In this document: positions 1-14,800 of the stretch, one piece after another
How the letters are laid out: each line of letters opens with the position of its first letter
How positions within the stretch are numbered: position 1 is the first letter of the stretch
Assembly: GCF_964355755.1 (NCBI RefSeq)
Contig: NC_092674.1
Coordinates: forward strand, 25,792,001 to 25,856,000
Direction of reading: 5' to 3'
DNA length: 64,000 nt
Source: Antedon mediterranea
Lineage: Eukaryota > Animalia > Echinodermata
Notes under the pieces: generated by a model
The model's input: the letters and a program-made list of their open reading frames with translations, nothing else
Told to the model about the DNA's origin: nothing
The model's database searches: none
Made by a program: the position numbers and the translations under genes

Positions 1-39
1 TCGAGAGAAATTAAGATTTTGGATTTTTAGACCGAACTC

Positions 40-225
40 ACTATCCGATTCCCAGTGCTGTATCTCCATACTGTCTGTCTCCGAAGTAGCATAGGAATAT
101 TTTGTAAATACGTCAGCATCTCATTTATATCACATGTGGTGATAAGGGTTAGGTTACTACTAGATACACGTGAAACACATGTGGTGCTGTATTACCAAAT
201 ATTCCTACGGAAATAGATACAGTTT
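40..225 (+). repeat. Dispersed repeat (second copy at about 14908-15060)
   Basis: Both sites share cgattcccagtgctgtatctcca...gttaggttactactagatac...gtattaccaaatattccta. Confidence 0.7.
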
Positions 226-278
226 CACTATATTTTACTTACTTTATTTTAATCTATATTGTTATCGTTATTTTACAG

Positions 279-3158
279 TTAACTGCGGTAGTTGTTGTCA
301 TTGTCTACGGAGGGTTCCGTACCTGTCGTTAATAGCTGGAATAATCTTTACTGCGGCTTCAATTTATCTTGGAATTAAAATCGACGGTGCGATTGATATT
401 TACCGTAATGAGTTCAATATTTCAGACGATGAACCTGATTTGAAGGAGGATGTTACCAAAATGTAAGTAAAGATAAAGTCAGAGACAATTTAAACCATTG
501 CTCATAAAGTTCACAAGACTTTGTAAAATCTAAAACAAGTCAATTAGAACAAGCGAAACAATCATCTTCACAAATAATTCCATATCTATTCATTTAAAAC
601 AGGACTATCTAAAAGTGTTTGACTTATACTTAGTTCATTGAGACTTTGATACTTTAATCCTGATTGTAATTGTAGGCTCTACCAGACATGTTTACCACTA
701 CGCTGAAAATAATATGTGCCACTATATTTTATGATTTTTAAACATTTTGTTTTTCCTATTGTGAAGTTTACACTGTTATTGTTTAATATTAAGTTTGAGT
801 GATACACAAGGCAAATTGATGGTTACTTCCCTCATTGGTAACGTTTAAACTATTTTTACTACTACAGCCTTGATTACATCGAAGATGGAACATTATATCT
901 AATCATTGTAACTGCCGTGTTTGTGGCAATTGGTATTGTTGTGGCGTTCCTTGAGACAGGACCTACCAGAATGAAGTATTGCATCGGCAAATGGAAAAAG
1001 TGCTGCGGATTATTCTGGACCGATGTGGTAATTAATTGGTTTTTTTATATTGAATAGAGATTTTAACTGGATAGTATTTGGCAGTTTCAATCCTAAAGAA
1101 TATCAGTATCCCTTCAACTAATCTCTTCAATTATTCAATTATCAATCGAATCGACACAAATTAGAAACTTTACAAAAATAATTCAAAAAGACAGGTGCAA
1201 AAGGTCCTATAGTCCTTTTTGTCTTAATGTCTTTTTCTGAAAACAACACTTTCTAGTAAACCAAAACTTGTCTGGTTTAAGTGTATTTTAAATGTGTTTG
1301 GGGCGTTTCTTTTTTCTTTTGTGAGATGAATTTCATTTTATTTCCATTTCTATACATTTCATTACACTTCAAATCATTGTAATTGGAAGTTTCTATAGGA
1401 AACTGAAAACTTATTTGGCAATAAGAACACTATTGCCTTCATGTTGTATCAGTTTCTATATATTTCACCATACAAAAATAGCTAATCTTCTTTATTTCTA
1501 TTCGAATTAATGTATAGGCTTAGTAATTACATTCACATTTCCTCCCTGATCACAGTATATGTTTTGATTTTTAGCTGATTGGAGCCACGTTTCTGATGTT
1601 TTTAATATGGCTGTGTGCGGCTGCATGTGGAACTTTTTATGCGGCTGGTGTTTACATGTTGGACCAGTATTGCCAATCGGAAAACGGAATGACTAAAGTA
1701 GCTGTTGTTGATCTAGATGTTTACGGTGAGTATAGTCGAATTTTCCACAACATTATACAATGAAATTAAGTATACTTGCCTAAAATGAATAGATTTTAAC
1801 CATCTCTTTCCTTAGGATTTTCAATAAAGATAGAATAATTATAACCTTTTTCTAAAAGTTCCAAGTATGTTTTAATGTTGATAATCTTTCTGAGAAAAAC
1901 TAAAACTTTAGTGTTCTACTAATCTAATGTAATTATTTTCTAATCTGTTCATTGTATTTGTTTGCTTTCTCTTTCATATACAACCTTCCTTCAACGTTTC
2001 TTGACAAACCTAGATATCTACCACAAACATTACCATTCTAAATACATTTATTTTGTAGGTGAAGTTATGGGATTTGCTCAAAATCCTGATGCCATGAGTG
2101 CTAGCAGACTCTGCGATTCGGTAACTATAATATTATAATCTAATTATGTATGTAAGTTGTGTTAAATTACAATTATTTCAAATGGGATTAAGATATTATA
2201 ATAAGAAATTGTAATTATTGTGAAACGTTATGTTCATTTAAGTGTAGTACACTCATCATGTATTACAAAAGTAATTCTGAGCCCGGTCAAAAATATCGGA
2301 GGATACGCAGAATAGTTTCGTGTAGTCGCGTTGCGTTGCGTGAAAACAAAAGGTAGTAATAGTCTACCTCTAAGTGAAGAAGGTAGGATATTAGTGTTTA
2401 CGCTATAAACAAAGAATTGTGTTACGTATTATTTTGTTTAATTTGTATTTTTCTTTAAAGATGAAAGATCTGTGGAATGATAACTTGATTTGTTGCTTGG
2501 TCTCAGCAGGTGCTATCGTTATTTCACAGGTAGGTTCCTACTCATTAAAGATTGTATACCGGTACACATCGTATGTGTGTGTATAGTCTAGGTCCTAGAT
2601 CGAAATTACTAAAAGGATGAATAATTTGGCACATATATGGCGTTTCATACGTATAATACACGAGCTCGTATTTTCGTAGTATTCGGACAAAAATCGAAAC
2701 GTCGACATAAAAAAGACAACCAAAACTACAGACTTGGGGCAATAGATGAGGTGTATAGTATGATGGAAGTTTTATTCGACGTAGACTTGCCATAAGTCTC
2801 GATTTATTGTTTCTTACCTAACGTTGAACACAAAAAAAGAAACCTGACAGACCGATCAACCGATTCTGTATTTCACTTGATACTGTTCTTGGGCAACATA
2901 ACTTTTAAAGGAATTTGCAGAAATGACAAAACAGTGTTTTTAAACCAAACTATTTTAGCAGTAGAATTGGACACAGTGCCTGGGAGTATTATTGCAAATC
3001 TTTACTTTATTGTAATTTAATTAAAGTAATGTTTTTTTTATCAATGCTTCTAGGTGCTTTTCTTAGCAAGTCACGTGGCCAACCACAGCTACCTGAGACT
3101 TCTTAAGCCATCGGAAACACTAGAAGGTTTGGACGGTACTGCGATGTCTAAAATGTAA
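279..3158 (+). CDS. Proteolipid protein (PLP/DM20/M6) family tetraspan protein, paralogue 1; first coding exon is upstream of the window
   Basis: Six GT-AG exons in a continuous frame: 279-462, 868-1027, 1575-1725, 2059-2120, 2461-2529, 3054-3158 (TAA). The translation has the family hallmarks CCHCLRRVPYLSLIA, FLETGPTR...CCG, four hydrophobic TM segments and FLASHVANHSYLR. Confidence 0.85.
2595..2800 (+). repeat. Dispersed repeat (second copy at about 31610-32170, interrupted by a TIR element)
   Basis: Both sites share ctaga..gaaatta.taaaa...ggcacatatggcgtttcatacgtataa...tcgaaac...acttgggg. Confidence 0.65.
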
Positions 3159-6100
3159 AGAAATGGTCAGAAGAAGCTCTACTTCAATCTTTATACGTTT
3201 CAAATTGTTTTTGCTGCTGTTGTAAATATTTTGTCGATTTACACAAGTGTGTTGTGCGCATGTGCACGGTTCGTTACGAATCTGTTTAAGATTGGTAGCT
3301 ATGTTAGTAATTTGAAACACTTAAACTATTTTTTGGGATGAAACTCAGAAACATCGCAGAGTGGAAGAAAGTTTTTAAACTAAAACTTTGTAATGTTGGT
3401 AGAATCTATAATGAAGTATTACGAATTCGATTTAAAATATATTGATTCTATGTTGGTGGTATGCCTTAACTACCTTACCGGATCTTATAGCTTTGACTAT
3501 TTGGTAAGATCTAGATAATTGAATTGAATTACGGTAGTTTTTCATTCAAGGTGCATGAATGCCACGGTTCATAAATTACGTCAATAGCAGGTCAACTGTT
3601 TTTATATTCGTATTTTCACTAAACGCTGGCCTCTGATAATGCTCTCGATGCTCAGTTGCTCAATTAAGGCCCAACAGCTTTAGACCTAACACACAGCAAA
3701 CTTCTAATTCTAGCCCAACCCCATTCTAATGAGTTCTAATCGCCCAGTTCGCTTTAACATCCTGGTGGTGCTGCGATTATTATGCCTAGAGTGTATTTTA
3801 ATGTTCACATTTATTGTTCATTAATTATTGCATGGATAGGCCTAAAACTTTACTCTTCGCTATAATCAATCTTTTAAAACTGTATTTACATTTTTACAAT
3901 TTCTATATTGTTTATATTTAGATTTTTTAAGTGACAAGACGGTGATATTATTATTGATAAATATTCAGAATTTAATTGAAATTTCGAGCTTTAAAAAAAG
4001 TGCGCAATGACGGATTTCTATATATGAGATTGATTTTTTTAAATGCTGTTTTAATGTGCCAATTTTAAATGTTTGTTGCACTTATAATGAAAGTATAGCT
4101 TATTGTTTAGAAATCTGCACGGCAAAGTCAAAATGGAGCCAATTCTCTCGGTACTGTATGTATAATTTGTTATAGTATCAGGGCAAAATTCTGTATACAG
4201 CGTTGCATTTGTAACAGGATAACACACCTGTATCATACATAATACAGGCTCAACATGTAATATTGTGTACAGAATTTGCCCGTGATACTGGACATACAGT
4301 ACAATAAGATAATCCCATGAAACTATATTAATTGTAAATATTAATGAATGTAGGCCTACTGTAAATCATGTAAGGGTCGTACTGATAAGTATATGTTAGT
4401 ATCTCATTGGCTAACATCAGACAAAGAACAATCCACATCAGCAGCGCAATTAAGTATGCTACATGTTTTTCTTAACATCAATATGGTGTGTAATGAATAA
4501 ATTATTGGCATACCAAATAAGGCTGTGCGTGTGCACGCACGCACTGTAACTCACTCATGCGCATCGGGCATTATCTTTAGCAAAATTTTGGCTATTTATA
4601 CTTGCATCGTGTTAGTATTTGTAACGAGTATTGTACTACTGTCTTGGAATGAGAAGAATATTACAATTCAGGTTATATGTGACATAGTATTAAATTGCAG
4701 TATGTCTAATTTGAAAGGTGTGTGTTACACAATGTTGTATTAAATATTCAGCTATTTGCACGATTAGAATAATCCGTACATTACACTTTAATCGCATAAA
4801 TATATATTATATATAACAATTAAATTTATAAATACAAAATCCTATATTGTTAGAATTATTGTATAATTAAATATTAACATTGTATTTGATTTAGCTAATC
4901 AATGACCACCCGGTAGTAGGGTAAAACTAAATTTAAATAGATTAATTAATCAAAATACATTAGTTATTAATAATTCTTATATTAGCACGTACGGGAAAAA
5001 AAAATTAGATTTATTATGCACTGTGGGTGTCCAGCGGGGTAGGGTGGAGGAAGATACAAACATAACAGGCGCTATATTGAAGTTGAATTTCTTCTGTTTT
5101 AAGATGTTACAAGCCTCGCATTTAAGATGATTTCCAAATTAAGGACCGTCCATAACAACTTATATAAATTAAAGTAATTCTGATGGGTCGAGTTGCTTCA
5201 CAAACTACTTCATTGAAGTGTCTAGATATGACATTGAACTCGACTTTTAACTATTTTTTATCCTGCCAGTCACATCGTAGCCGAGATCTCTTCCACCTCT
5301 CCCTTGCTGGACACGCCTAGTATTTACAGTATTACAAATTGCTGGACAATGAAAACGGTTTTTAAAATGATAAATATTTTTGAATAAGGCAATACTAATT
5401 GTATTAGGGATTCTTTTATATTATAAGATAAACATTTTAATATCAAATTATATATTCATTCGACGAATCGAATTACACGGTACAATTTTTATAGGGAATT
5501 TATAGTAATAAACTTTTTAGGAAATGTAAAAGAAACAGATCGCCATGGAAATTCAGAAAACTAAAATAAAGTGTTTGTAAATATTTCATATAACAATGGC
5601 TGTATTCTTAATATTGTTATTAAAACTATTTATTGTTCAAAATGATGTTAGTTGCATGTATTTTGTTTGTTTTTTTGGTGACATCATGAAGATTAATGAT
5701 TTGCCCGGTAATAAGCCGAACCTCTTTTTGTTTATTCATAAGGATATCAATTGAAATAGTTCACTATAATATATCTATGGTTTAAGACAATAATAGAGGT
5801 GTGATGGCGCTAGTTACAATCCGTTATGCGTGATCAATTAATAGAATTACGTACCCAGATATAAATACCGAAACGCGGGATTCATTGCAGGTACGGAAGA
5901 CCAGTGTACGTTATGCTAATGGTAACAAGCCAGGTACTGTGTATGTTGTAAATAAAGTACGAATAAATTTAGCCAATTTTCGTTATTTTGTAGGCCTACT
6001 ACTTGTCAGAAGCTTATTGATGCGATGGCTTCACTAACCATTGGTAAACGATCTTCCTATATCATTGTTTTGAGGATAGTGGCGAAAATTTTGAAATATA

Positions 6101-6693
6101 ACTTGCGTTTGAAATATAAATAATTATACCTGGAAGAGCTTTTGCTATACATTGAGACGACACTGTTGCATAGGAAAAATGCAAGTTTTAACTCTGAGGT
6201 CTAAATTTGAAAGCACTATTTTGTGACGACGACGCCTATTCGATAGCGCGACCTATTTTGAAAGGGGGCGCTCGGTCGAAATTGTCTGTATTTTTGCAAA
6301 CTGTTAGGAATAGCCTACTCGTAGAAATACTATGATACGATAATGATACTTTGTATTCTTGGTCTTAGTTTCCCTGTATAATTAGATACAGAGATCTACA
6401 TTTGCATTTAGATTAAAAATGCAACATCAAGGTGCCTTCAGTCGACAGAAAATGACGTCAGTCAGAGTTAACGACTCGTTTCACAAAGAAAATCTGAATA
6501 GTTATAATTATTCATTAGATAAAAAAGCAATTAAACTATAATGACATTTCTTTGCATAATCTGTTTTAAATTGCTTGATTGTCGGCAAAATAACATAGGT
6601 GTAGGTCGATATAGGTAAGTCAACTCTTTGAACATTACATTGCGTCTATAAATATTATTATAATTATGAATATATATTATTCTTTTTTGACTT

Positions 6694-6987
6694 TAGAGAG
6701 GACAGTAGAACAAGGGGCCATCAATTCAAATTAAGAAAGCCAAGAGCCCGACTGAAAATCAGAAGCCACTCCTTTTCATGTAGAATCGTCAACACATGGA
6801 ACAATCTATACCACACTACAGTACAAGCAGAAAACATAAATGCATTCAAGGATCAACTAAACAAAGACAGAGCAATGGGAGATAAATTTTGCTACCAATT
6901 CTAGATAAATACAGAAGAAATGGAGGACGTTTAAAAGGCATTTGCCTTAATCAAGAGCCCGAAGATTCAAGTAAGATTCAAGTAAGA
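6694..6987 (+). mobile_element. 3' fragment of a CR1/L2-clade LINE
   Basis: Translates DSRTRGHQFKLRKPRARLKIRSHSFSCRIVNTWNNL...AENINAFKDQLNK, which matches the C-terminal RTRGH...WN.L...FK motif of CR1-type ORF2. It ends in a short tandem tail (gattcaagtaa)x2. Confidence 0.8.
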
Positions 6988-7144
6988 AGATATTCCAATA
7001 CGAGGGCCATGATTTTTTTATCCTTCGTTCATCTTATCATCATCTGTTTTTTTTTTAAATTCCCTTAATCCTACTTTTTACTGGGTTATGGAAGGGGAGT
7101 GGGTGGGTTTGGTGTTGGGGAACAATATGATAGTATATATCAAT

Positions 7145-7245
7145 ATGTTAGTGTTTACCGACCAACTGACCGACAGACCGACCAACCGATCGACCAACCG
7201 ACCGACATAGTGAGCTGTAGAGTCGGGTTTGCACGCGAATAAAAA
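7145..7245 (-). mobile_element. Helentron/DINE-like short interspersed element (related copies at 47035-47135 and 51225-51325)
   Basis: cgactcta.ag.tcactatgtcggtc followed by a GTCK/GTYG microsatellite; the related copies end in gccttgtt/accttgtt. Confidence 0.5.
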
Positions 7246-8817
7246 AAAACAAAAACAAATCGTTTTATTTTCTACTTTCACATCTAGGCCTAAATGCATA
7301 TCCTCCAAATCTATATCCTATACCATTGCCACTGATAAATTCAACGAAATTATGTTCAAATATAGGCCTCTTCAAATGTAGAACGACGTGACATAAGATT
7401 CAAATCATCATATGTAATATTAAGTCCATGTAATTACTTTCGACTGCGATAATCAATCAACTAACCCTAGGCTAGTATTGAGATACGCTACTTTATGCTA
7501 AACTATATGCGCGTACATAATGAAAGATTCAACCTGGTAGAATCATGATTCTATCACGAAGAAACATTGAAGCTCTAGTGTCTCCACTATCAAACTAGTT
7601 TTGTGTGATGTGCTTAAATATGGTAGTGACGCATTTAGCCATTAGGGCATAACCTTTAACGCTGAACAGTGCATTACAGTATGATTAGCTGACAATCTAG
7701 AGTAGGGATGTTAACCACTTAATTAGCGAGTTTATTCAACTCAATTATTATATCACACCTAATAATACAGTTACCATGGGGATGGACAAATTATAACCTA
7801 TTAATTAATAGGTAAACAAATTAATATGCACTATACCAATTCGTCAAGTCTTCCATATGACCTTATGCAAGACTATCATTAATGATAATGAATATTTCAT
7901 TTTGATATAAATAATTATCATTGATAACTAAAATAGACTTATTGTTTGTAATTATTAATAGGCCTAAACATATGCTTTCTGTCAGTGTCAGACGAGCCGA
8001 ATGACTCATTTCAAATTCTACATTGTGTTACGTATTAATATTTTATTCCATTTATTCCATTTATTCCATTCATTATTATTTATTCAATAAATATCGAAGA
8101 TGAAGATACCAGCACGTTGGATTCTACCGCGCTTTTTCTCGTTGTCTGATTCGAAACATGCATATCGCAAAATATGGTTGTCACCAAATGGAAATGAATT
8201 ATGCACTGCGTGATGGTGAATGTGCCACGGAGATAAAACGACACGATATTTCAGAGCACTGACAGTTGCCAGTGAATCTACACAATCCGACTCATTTAAT
8301 ATATATTGTGTATTCATTATACAGTTCGAGAACAATTTAGCAGAGTCGGATCAAATCGAACGGTTTAAGGTCACAAATGTATTATATATTTCCAAAAGGA
8401 CTGATCATGCGCAAACAACAAGCAGACGACGTGTGCTGCAAAATTCATTGTTGATGTTCATTGAGCAGCTTCATCACCTACTGAATTTCTATTCAAGTAT
8501 TACGATTAACAGATTGTACACAATAATATTATCGCATTATAAAATAGCGTTTGTAACGGGTTAAACATCAGACGCGGTTTGGGATGGATTACCCCTTCTG
8601 ACAGCTCAGAAGATGACACAACCGCAAAATTATCCAAGCTGAACGGCTGTTATATTACCTTGGGATTTTACCGCATGACAATATAAGTTGACAGTGGTGG
8701 GACAAAAGTAGCCTATTTTACAGCACTCTACCGTATTAACTATACTATTTTAAATGTCAGGTCGTGTGCTTTCGGATTGAATATATTGTATAGTACCTAA
8801 ACATTACACTAGCCAGA

Positions 8818-11800
8818 ATGAGAGGTAAGTTTGCCACTTTTTACTACATTATTACTGACATTATTTTATATCGTGGATACAATTTACACCTCCTCGTTAG
8901 GTATGGGCCTCATCCCGTTTCCAGCAGTGTGTTATAGTTTGTGTGTAGGTCTTTTCGCAACATGGGGCATAGGCTACCCAGATCATAGGTGTTTGTATAA
9001 ATTATGTTTTGGAACCACATGTGACTATTATGTATGGATACAGTGAATTGCATGACATGATAATAAAATAGGATAGAATATTGTAAATGGAAGAATGTTA
9101 CTTTAATGAAGAAGTACTGTTATATTATACAACTTATGGTAAAATATAAATTATGAGTATACAACTCTAACAAAAACTTCCGTACACTAAATTGACTACT
9201 AGATGAATTATTTCAACTCACACACACCCCAGAAAGGAATACGGAAGCGCATATTATTATATGCAGGTTTTTAAACTATTTTAAAAGGTGATAAGACCAT
9301 CACAATTCCTAAGTAGAATACTAAAGTGTGGTGGCCATGATTAGAAAATGTGACAATTGGAAAAAGCATGAGATAATATTAAAAAGGATGACAATCAGCT
9401 GTTAAGTGTGACATTCGCAGTGACCATGATATTATTCTCAGGACACAATCACAATATCCGAGTGACCATCATACAACGGAGTGACCATCAGAATGTATGT
9501 AAGAGTGACAATCTATACCGAAAATTGAATTGACTGAAATCGTTATAAATAGGAGTTTTAATCAAGATAAGAAGAAATTACAATAAGTACGTGTAATCAT
9601 TTAAAAAATGAATGGATATTAATTAAAAAATATAATTAAATTGTCTTTTTCATTAGTTTACGTTTCTACGGGATTAATATAAAAAAAGATTAAATTGTAT
9701 TCAATTAAGTGGCAGGATGGTAAAGGATGTAATTAATATTTTGGTAATAAAAGGTGTCTGTCAATGTGGGATCATTTCCTTCTGCATTTCCTGGATAGCC
9801 TACGAGACTCAATGAATAGTATACATTTGTCATAGTACGTTTTTATATTAATTATGAATCATTGTTGAGTTATTTCAGGTAGTTTCCCTTTCGAATTCCT
9901 CTTTTTACTATAAAGGTGTAATTCTTTAGTTTAAACGATGACGTAATGGTTGTTATCTCACTGATATACAACAATCAATTCTAAAGTTTCCATTGACCCG
10001 GTTTTATTAATAGGCCTACTTGCATCAGGACACCCATTAGGGCAATCTTTCCCATGAAACGAACGATTGGCGATATAAGCAATTAGTAGGCCTAATCAAT
10101 GCCAGCCCCAAAACGACACTATTTTAAAGGTGTCCAGTGCCGGATCCAGGATTTTGAAATAGCTCGTGGGGAAAGGGCCTACAAATGGTGAAATTAAGTC
10201 CTTAAAAGGCCTCCTTGAATCCGCTCGTATGTCCCTTATTCTATTCTATACAGTATTAATTCTAAAGTTATTTAACAGATATGGAATGGGATTTAGAAAT
10301 ATACAATTTATATCCAATAGGCCTAATGATTCTAGAATTCGAAATAAGATGCGGTATTTTAAGATATCAAAATACAAATACACAATTTATTTGATAATAT
10401 TCTAAAAAATTACTATCAAAAAAGTTAATTTTTAAATGAACATTTTTTACGCTAAAAATATGAATAATCTAAGTGGGAATCGTAAAGAGCAAATTATGCT
10501 CACTAATATTGACACATTCCCCGAGTATAGGCATCTTGTGTTATATTTACATTCCAATCCTCTCGTTACGGTGCTCCATGCCTACATAACCGATGAGATA
10601 CACAGAAAACATTCATTTATAGCTCACCATGAAAGTGCATATTTATTATTTTGACCTTTTGTCACTTGAGACGTTTCATAGCAAGTTGTAGATTATTTTT
10701 ATCGTGATATTTCTCAGTTTGCCACGCCTCCCATGTTTTATCGTATCTTAAAGGGTGACTCCGGGTTTAAACAATTTCACAACTCCCATTTAGCATATAG
10801 GCCTAGAAGATATTGATATATTTTGTAACAATAATTTGAATCGCCGTGCTCCATTAGCAAAACGATATTGTACCAATCGTCAGCATCTTGCGCGTAATAG
10901 GCCTATTAGGTTGGCCTAGGCCTATCTTAAAGCACTGAATGCATTGAAGCATTATTTGATGGCGAATTGCACATCACACAGCTGGATTTAAGTTTGCACC
11001 AGCTGCTATCTGACATTCTATAAAATTAGCGATATAAGACTCATTATAAATATTAATAATGAGACACCAGCTGGCTTTGTAAACATTATGGAAGGCGCGT
11101 CTATAGTAGGCCTACATCACATAAGTTATTATTTCGAGCACATTTCCACCAAGAAGAAATGTAAGGGCAATATAATGATCGTATAGACCCCCCTAATTAA
11201 CGTTTAGGTTTTAAGTTTTATTTTATTTGTTGTCTTTTCATAAATAAATACAAAATTAGATAACATACGGTATTGACTTATGGCACGCCACGTGGGTAAT
11301 AAGTACTGGCAACAAGGTTCACTTCTAGGAGCAAAAAGCAATCAGGATACTTTACCAATCAGGTTAGTTTTATTCATGACGTACTAAAAATGTAAAATAA
11401 CAGAATTTTGAACATTTATTATCCCATCCCTGATTATAACAAAACACTTGTTTCCGATGGTTTCTATTCCTGTGTTTTCAATTATTATACCAGTTGGGAA
11501 TATAGCAAATCTGCACTAGTCTGGTTCTGTTCTGATCATTGTCTGCAAACTCTCAAAAGGGCGGGATTAAGACGGTTAACATTGAGGATGAAAGGCCAAG
11601 TGCCCACATATTTCCGCCGTTGGGTTTAACGTCGGTAGATATAGACTTGAATCATTTTCAAACAAAACAAAGGGTACAGAACAGCAATAGTACTATAGGA
11701 TGATCGTAGGTTAGTTTAGAAAAAAGGGGAACATATGCATTTTGGTTCCCTAGGTGGAAAAGGTGGAAAGCTCAGGTTGAAAACAATACCGTAGCAAACT

Positions 11801-14800
11801 TCATTTTCAAAATTAAAGCTCTCAGACAGACATAACAGGAAAAACAAGCCAAACTACGAAAAGCATAACTAGTAATTATATTGTAGGGGCCTACATAATT
11901 TGATGCGAATTGAACTTCTGTAAAGCTCTTTCCACACTTTATGTGACAACAACATAATGTGATATATTATATGGACGTGATTACGTCACTACTATATTTG
12001 GGCATATCACTCTACCATATTTGGCTGCATCATACTTTTTTGTCAGTGTAGACATGGGTTGTATGTAAACGGAATTTTAAACTATGTCTACACTGACAAA
12101 AAAGTCATCATCATTATTCATACGCCTAAATACCCATTAAATCGGTCATATAGTATGCCTATATAACCTGATCTAAACCTTACTAAATAAATACATTATA
12201 GTAAAACCCCTATTAAGGGGACATATTCAGTACCCCAAATCGTCTTCTTAATAAGGGTGTCCTCTAAAATAGGAATTTCCAAAACGAGGGGTTCTACTGT
12301 GTAATAATACATATACTGTATATATATTTCAAATTTATATATATAATTCAAAAATTCCATTTACAGAAACAGGCACTTAGCACTGAGCGTTAAGTGATGC
12401 GGTCGATGATAACACGTCGAGAGAACGACTTTTATACTTGATACCCATGATTTATGGATTGTTTTGACCTATATTGTATACAGTGTTTTAATTACTGCAT
12501 AATATAACACTATACACAGATGTTGACATAAAAGCTATTAGCTTTAAACATTATATATTTTACGTTTTCCAACTGTAGTTTTCTCGGTGATACGATTTAT
12601 ATGAATATGAAATATTATGGTGAGTAACTCTATTAGCAGGATGTCGATTATGTGAGTAATTTAGAAATTATTATGATTTTAAACCAAATATGATATGATC
12701 TAGGTCATATATTAATATCTACGACGTGACGTAACTGTCAAGTAAACGCTACAAATGAACAAAAGAGACAGAAAACGGAACTAAATGCGTAATTCACAAC
12801 CAGAAACGATACACTGAAAGTCGCAAAATACATATGTAGGCCCTCAATGATGCTTCACGTTCACACCGAAAGGTTTCCCTGAGGTCATGATGACTTTAAA
12901 TAGAACGGCAGTATATGCTGTAATTAGATTATGAACGGCTTTCGGAATATTCAATATCTTCCCCCTGTTTTATGAATCGAATCAACCTTAGCTGCAGAGT
13001 ACACACAAACGTGTTAGCTGACTCAACTGACTACTTTGCTTTGCAAACCGAAGGAAATAAGACTGTTGGTCGTCTGCAGAGCTCATTAACATATTAATTA
13101 TTTACTAGTTTTTGGATATGACGAATTGAAGTTGTGGATTCTATTCTCTGAATTTTGACTGCGATTTGATTTTAGGATATTATTATTTGAAAAGTTGTGA
13201 GACTATTTAAGGGACTATAATGCCTCAAAAAGACAGTAGAAGATCGAAACATTACTATTATTATGATGCAGATGAAAAAGGTAAGAATCGATATCGGTTA
13301 TTAGACAGGTCACATACAGAATGAGGTCAGGTGAAAAAGCACCCCCACTCTCATGAGTCTTCAGCACTTGTTACTTGTTATTGAAATACTCCAAAACAAC
13401 CCCTCCCTTCACACAAACAACAACTCGCATGTGTATAAACTATCGTCATAATTGTAGGGCCTTATTAAGTTTTTAAATTTCTTACGACATGTGGTAGCAT
13501 TGCATAAGAATTCACATGACAAAGGTACAATACTAATTTAGATAATAGGTCTAATGTCATTTCAATTACGGTAATGGCCGTTTTAACTGTTATTACAATA
13601 CGTTAATGCGTTACGTTACGCTTATGATTTCGAACTTGAAATACGCTATTGGATGATCTTACGGTATCAAATGATATAGGCATAGGCCTATGTTTTTACA
13701 ACATTGCAAACCGTGCAATTTGTAGTCTGTCGTCGTCGTTTATACAATACTGGTTTTCCGTTTATTACGTTACGTTACCGTCTACACTGGAATTATAACG
13801 TTTTACATTAATCTAACCTCACACATAACTTCAATTTAACGTTCTGTTAATTAAATAAGCGACGTATTCGATTCATATTGATTGTGTGTGATTTCTATAC
13901 GATCGATGCGTCTGTTTCTTTGTCCTTTACCTAGGCCTATATAGTGACATGTGCTGGATCGTAGCCAGAGAGAACAACATGTTTGACAACAAACATAATA
14001 GACTGGCGTTTGTTTGTAATTTGATGAAATATATAATGTGAATAATATGAGTCAACAGTCTTCATGTTTCCTGCGTTTATGTTTTGTTTATTTTTAAATA
14101 TCATGAATTTTTATATTGCAGTAAATATTTAACATTTGTTTTTGTTTTTATTTTGTTTTTGTTTCACGCCCCTCCCCACCCCTTTCTACGTCATGGAACA
14201 ATCCCCCTTGGGCTTCACGAGGGTTCTTTTTGTATTGTTTTACCGAATAAACATTTTTTTTTAATTTGAACAAAATATTGAAATAATTGTAGTTTTGTTA
14301 TCAAACGGTACCGTTATTGCATAGGAATGGGTTTTGGTCAAATAAAGAAATACTGTATTGTAGGCTTAATTGTTCTTTAATGTTTTAACTATACATTAGA
14401 AATATACGTCACATCAAGGCCTCAATATAAAAAGGACCTGCGGCCTCATTGACCGAACAACACATCTACAGCAATATTTAGAAACAAATAGTTGGTAGTA
14501 ATTTGTGTATCAGATACTGTTATACATCAAATAAAAGATGTAGGGTTATCGTTTACGTTATATTTTTATATTTATGTTTAATGTATTTTAATTTAAATTA
14601 TTTTTTGTTGGCAGGTTGTTCGAGTATTCGGTTCGCAAGATGTGTCCGTCGCATTCCGTTCGTCTCTGTGTTTGCCTTTTTATTGTACGTTGCTGGACTT
14701 GTTATATTTGTGAAAAGCTTACTTAACGTACTGGATGATTTCGAAGTAATGTTTAACGGAACAATAGCCAGTGAGGACATACAGACAGCGTAAGTATTAG

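Noticed and set aside
8084-8564. ORFs of 83 and 114 aa upstream of PLP paralogue 2
   Set aside because: No domain, coding-like composition or splice support; more likely promoter or 5' UTR sequence.
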